Positions 37,450-46,381 of a stretch of 64,000 nucleotides of DNA are shown piece by piece. The notes under the pieces were generated by a model. That model saw only the letters and a program-made list of their open reading frames with translations. It was not told the DNA's origin and ran no database searches. Position numbers and translations under genes: made by a program. Source of the stretch: Cyanophora paradoxa CCMP329 (Eukaryota; Plantae; Glaucophyta); contig QPMI01000392.1 in the NCBI GenBank assembly GCA_004431415.1, positions 21,168-85,167 of the forward strand, written 5' to 3'. Position 1 is the stretch's first letter. Each line of letters opens with the position of its first letter.

Positions 37450-37812
37450 CTAGGCCTCGCACTCGGCGCGGATGCGATTGTCGTCCTCGATGAACCGCTC
37501 CCCGAGCCTCACGATCTCCTCCCACGTCACCGACGCCGCCGCAGCTCGAATCTCCTCGGGCGAGAGGCTCCCGAGCCAAACGATGTCCGCGTTGTCGTAT
37601 ACGTACGCGCCGTTGTCGACGGGTGTGTCCTCAGCCTCGGACGTCGACTCGGCGCGGATGCGGTCGTCGTCCTCGATAAACCGATCAGCGAGCCTCACGA
37701 TCTCTTCCCACGTGCACGTCATCGTCGCCGCCGCGCACGTTTCCTCGCCCATTGCAACCGACGTGACAGTATCGGCGCCGTTGGCTTCAATGTACGCGTA
37801 CGCGTTGGACAT
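37450..37812 (-). CDS. Small acidic protein with two TWEEIVRL.(D/E)RFIEDD.RIRAE repeats
   Basis: TATAAAAG ~37880 and GGGATTCCC 37929 upstream; internal repeat. Confidence 0.8.
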   Translation of the reverse strand: MSNAYAYIEANGADTVTSVAMGEETCAAATMTCTWEEIVRLADRFIEDDDRIRAESTSEAEDTPVDNGAYVYDNADIVWLGSLSPEEIRAAAASVTWEEIVRLGERFIEDDNRIRAECEA

Positions 37813-38124
37813 GTTTCCCAAACCGCTTTGTTTTGCGAAAGGGAACTGACGATGTGGTCTACGAGGCCAGGGCGGATCTCTTTTATAGCCCTTCTCTCTT
37901 CTGCACTGCGGCATCTCATGTGCATGCCGGGATTCCCGATCTCTGACCGAAAAAGATTTCTGAGACGGATTCCGTGCGTGCGCGCCCCCGTCGGTAAGGG
38001 TACACGTACACGTGTACATGTGCGCATGCACAGCCTGAGCAGGAGTGAAACAGCGCCGTACGCTGGCGATCATTCGACATTCAACGAATTGTGCACACGT
38101 GCAGACGTGTACGGCAACGCTGCA

Positions 38125-39287
38125 GCAGCGGGCTCCGTCGGGAATCCCAACCGCGGCCGGGAATCCCCCACGCTCCCGGGTCCCCAAGGGAATCGCGGGT
38201 CTATAAAAGGGTTCGCGGCCGCTCCGGTCGGCATCGAGCGTCATTCGCACTCGCGGCCTCGCACGCGCACCCGAAAGCTCACGCCAGCCCAGACCTAGAC
38301 CGCCCCAGCGATCGATCATGAACGCCGCCAAAGTGGAGAGCCTGGTCATTCGCGCGACGGACCTGTTCGAGGACGACGAGCCAAAGCTCGTCGCCGCCGG
38401 CGCCAAACGGCCCCTCGACGCGCACGAGCGGATTTTCAGCTCTAAGCCTCTGGAGGAATGCAGCCCCAAGGAGCACCGGGAGATCCTCCGGGTCTGCGCC
38501 GACGGAGCCCGCGAAGTCGTGAACCTCGACTGCCGCGCCAGGATCGACGCGAAGCGCGCCAGAGCCGTAGACGCCATCGACCGAGCCTTCAAGTGCGCCC
38601 GTATCGAGCGATACGCCGGCACCACATCCGACAACTTCTGTAAGAAGATCAGCAATTACCAGGGGGCATGGACGGATGCGAAGAGCTTCCCCCGCCTCGA
38701 GCGGGAGATGTGGGATGGCTACGTGAACGAATTCCGCAAGAAAGGCCAAGGCAGCCGGTACCGCGGGCCCCGGGCGAACAGCGGCGGGTACGCCAAGGCG
38801 GAGCTCGCGTTCCGGCTCTACCGGGAGGCGGTGCTCTGCCAGGAGCTGGAGTGGCGCAAGCCGATCTACGAAGAGCTCGTTGCCGAGCTCGACGCGGCCC
38901 TCGCGGCCGCCCCCGCCCCCGCCCCCGCTAGCGCTCGTGACCAGTGATCCTTTCCCTCTCCCTTCTTCCCCTTGGCCGTACCTGTACGCGTGGGGCCTCG
39001 CCTTTTCTCTCCAGACCCGCATGTATACGTATATGTGTGTTGCGTGAAATAAACGTTGTAACTAATTTATAAACCGACCCGTACCAGTGTGAACCATTGA
39101 ACGCTATATATAGCTACGTATGCCCACACTGTGTGTGAGACTCAGAGAGTGATCATGGGAGGAAATCTAGAGGCGATGCGAATTCGAAGAGCAAGAACGT
39201 TAACTTAGTAACGTTAACACGGGTACGCGAGCTTAGGCCGTACCCGGATCCGGAGTCGGTCACACCGCGGCCGCCTACAACGTATAT
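38125..39287 (+). repeat. ~1.1-kb direct duplication, copy 2
   Basis: See copy 1. Confidence 0.95.
38318..38947 (+). CDS. Hypothetical protein, 209 aa (duplicate)
   Basis: Same as 36206-36817 plus an 18-nt in-frame insert. Confidence 0.85.
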   Translation: MNAAKVESLVIRATDLFEDDEPKLVAAGAKRPLDAHERIFSSKPLEECSPKEHREILRVCADGAREVVNLDCRARIDAKRARAVDAIDRAFKCARIERYAGTTSDNFCKKISNYQGAWTDAKSFPRLEREMWDGYVNEFRKKGQGSRYRGPRANSGGYAKAELAFRLYREAVLCQELEWRKPIYEELVAELDAALAAAPAPAPASARDQ

Positions 39288-39752
39288 AGCCAGTAAACGT
39301 CGTAACAGGCGGGGACGCGCCCGCAATCTCCCCAAAGAGGCTCCCGACCAGGCTAGCCTATATATAGCTAGTAGCGTGCAGGCGCCCGCACACCGCGGCC
39401 GTATGCGTGGCGGATCGTGATCGATCGAAAGGCAATGTTTCAACTCATGATCATGATCAGTACGTATAGTGATTATTCGACAGATCATAGAGCCGCAAAC
39501 ATGTACACGTGCATACATACGTATACGTACGCATGCGCATGCGAAATATCCATTTCCGATCGATGTCATGATCTCCCACGAGCGCTAGCGCGAGTTTTCG
39601 TACCGTAGCTATAGATATAGATATATATATATAGTGTGTGTGCGTATGCACGCTTAAGCTTGCGCATGCGCATGCGCATATGTATACCAACGTGTATATA
39701 AACGTATACCGCACAACGCGTACCCCTCGCGATCACAATCAACCTTAGCTTC

Positions 39753-40787
39753 CTAATCAACGACAATGTACTCGATCTCGGCCTCTGCGGACGCGCCCGG
39801 CGCGGCGGAGCGCTCGGCGTCGGGCTCCTGCTGTCGCTTGCGCTTGCGACGCTCGGCCTTTTTCTCGAGATCGCGCACACGCCTCTCCGGATCGGGGATT
39901 TCGGCCTTCTCAACCAGCCAGCCACGGACGTCGGCGGGGTCGAAGCGCTCCCCCAGCGTCTCCGGGTCGTAGCCGGCCACGGGGAGGGCCCCGCGCGGGC
40001 GGTGATGCAGACAGCGACCGGGGACGAGGCGGTAGCGCTTGACGATCTCCGCCATGGAGAGGAGGCCCGGGCGGGCGGGGAGGCCGCGGCGGCGCTCCCG
40101 CTCCCTGACGATGGCGGCATAGTTCGTAAAGCCGGCCGCGTCGACGGCGAGGTGCGGGATGGTGGTTCCGTAGAGGCCGTACTTGACGCTGGCCTCGCGG
40201 GACTCGCCAGAGATGGCGCTGATCACGTGACCAATGGCCACGCCGTTCGCGGTGCTCGTGTAGGGAGCGGCGCAGTCGGCGCAGACGGGCCACTTTGTGA
40301 TCGGGTCGATAAACGGCGTGTCGGCCGCGGGGCTCCAGTCGCGGTGGCCGTAGAAGCACGCCTTGCAGCGCAAGGCGGCAAACGCAAAGTACGCGGCGTG
40401 GGGCCCTCCGCGCGGGGCCCTCTCCATGTTGGTGACGCCCAGCTCGAATTCCGTCGTGCACAGCTGCGCCCACGCCTGGTCGTGCTCCTTGACGATGGTG
40501 CGGAAGCGGCGGCAGAGGGATCCCAGGTACATGTTGGCGCCCTTGGCGCCCAGCATGGTGGCGATCTTTTCGCGGATGATCTCGTCGGGGAGGTCTAGAA
40601 ACGACACCGACGTCGACTTTGGCGCGGCAGGCACGATCGTGAGATCGATCTCGCGATTAATGTCGGCCTCGGCCTCGGCCGCGGGCGCCGGCGCCGGCAA
40701 CGCGCCCGGGCGGCCTCCATGCGCCACCGCCGCCACGAATTCGGGCTCGAGCTCAAGTGCACGGGTCGGCATCGGCGTCAGGGTCAT
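39753..40787 (-). CDS. F-box protein with XPA-like CxxC..CxxC region
   Basis: SFLDLPDEIIREKI..L..LGSLCRRFR..W..LC; CKAC..PVCADC; GGGAATCCC 40910. Confidence 0.85.
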   Translation of the reverse strand: MTLTPMPTRALELEPEFVAAVAHGGRPGALPAPAPAAEAEADINREIDLTIVPAAPKSTSVSFLDLPDEIIREKIATMLGAKGANMYLGSLCRRFRTIVKEHDQAWAQLCTTEFELGVTNMERAPRGGPHAAYFAFAALRCKACFYGHRDWSPAADTPFIDPITKWPVCADCAAPYTSTANGVAIGHVISAISGESREASVKYGLYGTTIPHLAVDAAGFTNYAAIVRERERRRGLPARPGLLSMAEIVKRYRLVPGRCLHHRPRGALPVAGYDPETLGERFDPADVRGWLVEKAEIPDPERRVRDLEKKAERRKRKRQQEPDAERSAAPGASAEAEIEYIVVD

Positions 40788-41355
40788 CTAGATCTTTGGA
40801 TGGATCGGGTGCGGTACCGGTGTCGCCGTCGTTTCTTTGGGTCGGCGCGCCCGAGTGACGAAATGGCGCCGCGCGATCCCTTTTGTCGGCCGCCGGGTTT
40901 TTCGTGAACGGGAATCCCGACCGAGGGGCCGGGGTGCGCATGCCGGAAGGAGCATACCCCTCAGGGCCTGTGCACTTGCACGTGACGCCGCGCCCCTTCA
41001 GGTCCGCGCCCTTTAATTTCCACCCTTGGCCGCGCCGCGAGAGGTCTCGAATTCATGTTTCGCGCGCAACGTGCGCGAGCCGCTGAGCGATTTTAAATTT
41101 CCTACGTATACGCACACATATACATCGCATGTAACGCATGTAACTTAAAGCTCAGTTTTATGTCCTTGGAACGTTAACTGATTTGATTACAAACATTATC
41201 GCTTCGCACATGGACTGACGGTCACTTTGCTGTTCCAAGCAAATCTCGTTCGATTCATGATATCGATCGGTATAGCTATCGATTATCATTTCTAGGTTTT
41301 TAGCTATTCGTATTCCACACCTGCACTGTGACAACTGCCGCTAACCTCTTTTCGG

Positions 41356-42327
41356 TCAAGGAGCGGTAACGAATTCTCCCAGATCGACGTCGTATATGTA
41401 GTTCATATAGCTGATCATGACGCCACCCCCGGCCGCCCCCGCGGCAGGCGCAGCCGGCGCGGTGGCATGCATATGCGCAGCCGGCGCGGTGTGCTGCTCG
41501 AACTGTCCGCGGCGGCGCTTGCGGTACTCCGCCGCCCTCTCGAGATTTCGTGCACGCCCCTCTGGATCGGGGATGCCGGCGCCGGCCTCATCGACCAGCC
41601 AGGCACGGATGTCGGCGGGGTCGAAGCGCTCCTCCAGCGTCTCCGGGTCGTAGCCGGCCGCGGCGAGGGCCCCGCGCGGACGGTGCTTCGTATTGCGGCG
41701 GGGGACGAGGTGGTAGCGCTTGACGATCTCCGCCATGGAGAGGAGGCCCGGGCGGGCGGGGAGGCCGCGGCGGCGCTCCCGCTCCCTGACGAGGGCGGCG
41801 TAGTTCGTTCGACCGGCCGCGTCGACGACTAGGTGCGGGATGGTGTTTCCGTAGAGCCCGTAATTGTCGTGGCTGTTCTTCGATTCATAAGAAATGGTGT
41901 AGATGCTGCTGATCGGGGTACGATCGCAGCGGGCGTCGGTGGAGCAGAGGCGCATGTTCAGGAGCGGGTCCATCACCATCGGCTCCTCGCTGGGCTTCCA
42001 GAAGCCGCGCTCAAAGCACAAGCGGCAGCGCGTCGCGAAAAAGCCGGCGTAGACGTTGTAGGCCGTCCCCGGCGGAGCGTCTTCGGGAACCACGATCCCG
42101 AGCTGCGTCTTGCACAGGGCCGCCCACTCGCCGTCGTCGTTTTTGACCAAGTCGCGAAAGCGGCGGTTCGTGGACCCCAGGGTGCGCTTGGCATCCCAGG
42201 GCCCGAGCCGCTTCGTTACCATGCGAAGGATCTCGTCGGGGAGGTCGGCGATCGACCTGGGCGCCGCCGGCTCGGAAAGGGGCGCCGCCGCCGCCGCCGC
42301 CGCCGCGTGCGTCGTCTCCGTGGCCAT
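41356..42327 (-). CDS. F-box protein, paralog of 39753-40787
   Basis: SIADLPDEILRMV..L..LGSTNRRFR..WAALC; ATAAAAGGG 42421, GGGA(A/T)TCCC 42458 and 42477. Confidence 0.85.
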   Translation of the reverse strand: MATETTHAAAAAAAAPLSEPAAPRSIADLPDEILRMVTKRLGPWDAKRTLGSTNRRFRDLVKNDDGEWAALCKTQLGIVVPEDAPPGTAYNVYAGFFATRCRLCFERGFWKPSEEPMVMDPLLNMRLCSTDARCDRTPISSIYTISYESKNSHDNYGLYGNTIPHLVVDAAGRTNYAALVRERERRRGLPARPGLLSMAEIVKRYHLVPRRNTKHRPRGALAAAGYDPETLEERFDPADIRAWLVDEAGAGIPDPEGRARNLERAAEYRKRRRGQFEQHTAPAAHMHATAPAAPAAGAAGGGVMISYMNYIYDVDLGEFVTAP

Positions 42328-42615
42328 CGGTATCTCTAGCGGTACGAGAATTGGTGGGGGGTGGGCGGCCTTTTCTCGGGCGATAGTGCACGCTCGTGTT
42401 GTGAGATGGCACCGCGCAACCCCTTTTATCGACCCCGCGGTCTCGACGGCTCGACCCGGGATTCCCGGCGCCGCCCGGGAATCCCTTGGCATTCTTCCCC
42501 CCTCCCCCCCTTCCACCCCCTCCACCCCGCGCCTGCATCTACCCCGTAACGTCTCGGGGGATCCTGAAGGCGCTTTGTTCGTCGTTGGAGAAAGAGGGAG
42601 AGGGGGTAGGGGGAT

Positions 42616-42648
<33 letters not shown>

Positions 42649-42675
42649 CGGGGGGGGGAGGGGGGGGGGTCCCGA

Positions 42676-44291
42676 TTAGGCGTCTGCAGGGGCGGCACCG
42701 GTACCCTCGGCCTCGTGTGCAGGAGCCTCGGGGGCGGTGCCGGGCTCCGGGGCCGGCGCCGGCGCGGCCGTCTTCGCCCCCGGAGGAGGGGAAGAAGAGA
42801 ACGAGTCGACGACGACGGCGGCGGCGGCGGCCTCGGCGGCAGCCTCGGCGGCGGCCTCGGCGGCGGCGCGGTCCTGGGCGTCGGGGTCGGCGGCGGCGGG
42901 GCCGCCGAGGGCGAGGGCGGCGGCGAGGGCGGCCCAGTAGATGGCGCTCGAGGCGCCGGCGGCCGGCGGGGTGAAGATCGGCTCCGGGCTCGGGTCCTCC
43001 TCCAGCGCCTCCTCGGCGTCCTCGACGCGGCGCCGCGCGGCGACGGCGGCCGCCTTGGCGGCGCGCGCGCGGGCGGCGCGCCGCTCCTCGGCCTCGAGCT
43101 GGCGCCGCGCCCGCTCCGCCGCCGCCCGCATCGAGGGCTCGAGCCCCGGGCGGCCCTTGCAGGCGGCGAGCTGCAGCTCCGCCCGCTCCGCCACCATCCG
43201 CACGTGGGCCGCCTCGGCGGCCGCTGCCTCGGGCCCCAGCTCGGCGGCGCGCGCCTCGAGCCGCTCGGCCCGCGGGCGCAGCGTCGACTGCAGCCGCTCC
43301 GCCAGCGCCTCCCGCGCCGCCGCCGCCCGGCGGTGCGCCGCCGCGCGCGCCCAGCGGGCCCGGATCGCCCGCTCCCGCCGCGTCACCGCCGGCGGGAGGC
43401 CGGCCGCGCGGCGCAGCTCGGTGCTGAGGGGCCGGTCCCCGGCCCCGCCCCGCCCGTGGGCGCGGTCCGTCGCCCCGTCGGCGTCGCTGCCGCACCCGTC
43501 CTCGTCGCCCCGCTCGTCGTTGCCTTCGTCGTCGTCCTCGTCGTCGTGCGAGCCGGGGCCCTGCGCGCGGGCCGGTCAGAGGGGACGAACCGGGCGGGGG
43601 AGGGAGGGAGGAGGGGGGGTCCGGCCCCACCTCGCGCTGGCTGCCGCCCCCCTCGCTGCCGCCGTCGTGGCCGGAGCCGTCCGAGCGCTCGCCCGCCGAG
43701 CCGGCGGCGTGCGCCTCTTCCGCGGCGCCTCTGGCGCCCCCCTCGGCGCCGCGACCTGTGCCCCGGGACGCCCATCGGCGCGGGCGGCCCTGGGAGGGGA
43801 AAGGGAAAGGGAGGGAGGGGGGGAGGGGGGGGTACGGGACGCACCGGCGCCGTCGGCAAAGAGCTTGGCGCGCTTCCCCGAGAGGGCGGCGGGGGTGCCG
43901 CCGGCCGTCCCGCGGGCTGCGCGGCGCGGGCGGGATGAGAGTTGGCCGGGGCGGTGAGAGAGGGGACCGCACCGCGGGGGCGCTTGGGCTTGCCGGGGGG
44001 CGCCGGCGGCGCGGCGGCCGCGGCGCCGGGCTCTGCGCCGGGGCGCCCCTCGGAGCCCCCGTCGTGCTCGCGCTCCTGCTGCTGCTCCTGCTGCTGCTGC
44101 TGCTGCTGCTGCGAGGCGGGCGCCCCGCCGGCGTCCTCGGCGGGTCCCTCGGTCGGCCCGCCGCCGCCGCCTCCGCCTCCACCGCCGCCGCCGCCGCGCC
44201 CGCCCTGCTTTGCCTTTTTGACGGCCGGGGAGCGCGCCGCCGCTGCCGCCGCTCCGGCGCCGCCGGAGTCCTCGATCGCGCGGCCCGGCAT
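42676..44291 (-). CDS. Multi-exon low-complexity / coiled-coil protein
   Basis: Three apparent introns (~43562-43630, ~43790-43843, ~43917-43972); poly-G/Q tracts; Ala/Arg/Glu-rich coiled coil. Confidence 0.5.
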
Positions 44292-44522
44292 GCTCTCGCC
44301 TGCGCAGACGCGGGCGTCGGTGCGGAGCGAGGGGGCCGGCGGGCGGGGTCGCCGAGGGGCGAGGGCGCGGGCGCGGGCGGCGCACCTGGGCGCGTCTGCG
44401 GGGGGTCGAAGGACCGCGATCCTTGGCCCGAGAGAGCGGCTGCCGGGTTCCCTTTAAGGCGGGCCGGGCCCAGCGGGCCGCCCCGTCGCGCGCGGGACCG
44501 CCGCATCTCCATCGAGCCGCCC

Positions 44523-44812
44523 GGCCGGTTCCGGGTAGGGTGCCGCTACCCCCCTCAGGGTCGTTCCTGCATTCCCCCGCCCCCGTCCCGAATCAGAAGG
44601 GGCGGGGCGGCAGAGGGGGTCTAGGGGGGAGGGGGCAGGGGCGCGGGGCGGCTCTGACCTCGCGACGGGTCGATTCGGGTTACGGTGCCGCTACCCCCCC
44701 TGAGGTCGGTTCCGCTGGGGCTCTGAAGCATGCCGAACCGCTTGAGCGAGCCGCCCCTCGCGAGGTGCCGCGGCGCAGGGAGGGCGTACACGGCCCGTAC
44801 CCGGAATCCGCC
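44523..44812. repeat. Degenerate sixth array: two B-like cores (+) and one A-like core (-)
   Basis: 44523 (23/30 match), 44668 (25/30), reverse 44783-44812 (23/30). Confidence 0.7.
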
Positions 44813-45762
44813 ACAGGGCCGTAGACCGCGCGCTGCGCGGGGGTACGGGGGGTTAGGGGGCGAGTGAGCGCGGCGCGAGGACGGCTGCGAGAGGGGCGGG
44901 CTGGGGAATTCTAGGAGCGCCGCCCCGCCGCACCCGGAAGATGCACGCACGCTCGGAATCGCTGAGCTCGCCGCGATCCGCGGCACTGCGGCTGCGCATG
45001 GCGGCGCGGGCGGTCGGACTGTTGCAGAGGCGGGGGCGGGGTTGGGGCCTCTGGATTGCCCCTCGCACCCGATTCCGCGGCGCCGAGCTTGGGCCTGCAG
45101 GACGGCGCCGCCGCCTTGCCGTCGACGGGGATCGGAGGAGCCGAGGCATGGGGGCGGGGGAGCCGCGCCGGCGCCGCGAGCTATGCCCCCGGCGGTTCGC
45201 CTGGACGGTAAGCGGAGCGCGCTGCACAGCTGGGTGCTGCTGTGCTGCTGTGCTGCTGTGTGTGCGGTCGTCGCCGGCGGCCGCGCGAGCTCGAGGCCTA
45301 GGGCGCACCAGCTAACCGGACGGAGCCTGGGCCTGGCGCAGAGGCAGTTCGAAGCAAGGTGCCCAGGCCGGCGGGCGGCCTGCTGGAGGGCGCCGCGAGG
45401 CTCGGCCCATCGCCCGCCATTCGCATCTGCGCTCGGCCGCGCCGGGCTGGAGGCACCCGCTCTCGCATAACGTCTCCAAATCCGATCGCAGAGCGCGAGC
45501 TGCGGCCCGCCGGCGCCGCTTGGGTCCCGGTCTCGAACACTGACCGACGTTGTCGCAACGTGGCTCCGCTTCCCCCCTCCCCCCTCTCCCCCCCCCAACC
45601 TCCCCCCCTCCTTTCTCCCCCCCCCCGTGCTTAAAGCCTCGTACCCGGCGAGCGCAGGCAGCATCGCGGGAGCGGCATCTCGCGCTTCTTGAAGGTTCTC
45701 CATCCGACTCTTCATCCGCTAGGCTAGCCTCGGGCGCGCGATCGCGGCCCGTCCTGCCTTCC

Positions 45763-46172
45763 TCACCCGACCTCGCCGCAGCCGCCCACGAGGCCCTCGG
45801 CGAGCCCAAACGCCAGGCCCGCGCTCGCACCCCCCTGCGCCATGTCCCGCATGGCGTGGAGCTTGCGCTTCGCGCCGCCGGAGCGCTTCTTGACGCGCAT
45901 CTCGAACGAACGCGCGCCGGCGGCGTCTGCAAAGCCCCACGCCGCAGCCACGAGTCGCCAGGGGCCCCTTCCGGCCGTGTACGCGCCCTTGATCGCCCCC
46001 GTTTGATGCTCCTTGAGCCGGCGCGCCAGGCAGCTGGTGGAGCCGGTGTAGGTCACGCCGGCGCCCGCCTTTTCGCTCTGGAGCAGGTACACGGCGTGCT
46101 GCGAGCCTGCGCGCTCCAGGATCGACTGCGTCGCCGCTGGAGTCGACGTCGGCGGCCCCGGTGCGTCCCCAT
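45763..46172 (-). CDS. SLX1-like GIY-YIG endonuclease
   Basis: AVYLLQS..TYTGST..RRLKEHQ.G..KGAYT..RGPW..GF...A..FE; ATG 46172 is in frame only if one G is missing from the adjacent G-run. Confidence 0.85.
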
Positions 46173-46381
46173 CGGTGCCGGCGTCGCACGCGCTCGCGCC
46201 CCGGCCCAGCACCCGCGCGCGCTGCAGCTAGCTTGCCGCCCCCCGTCTCCTCCCGCCGGCCTCTTTTTACGCACGCGCAGGTCGGCGGACCTCTTCGGCT
46301 CCCGGGCCGCGCCCAGCCCGCGCGCGCTCGATCTCTGCAGCTGGTGGGAGGCGGGGGCGGCTCGAGGGCGGCCGCAGGGGG

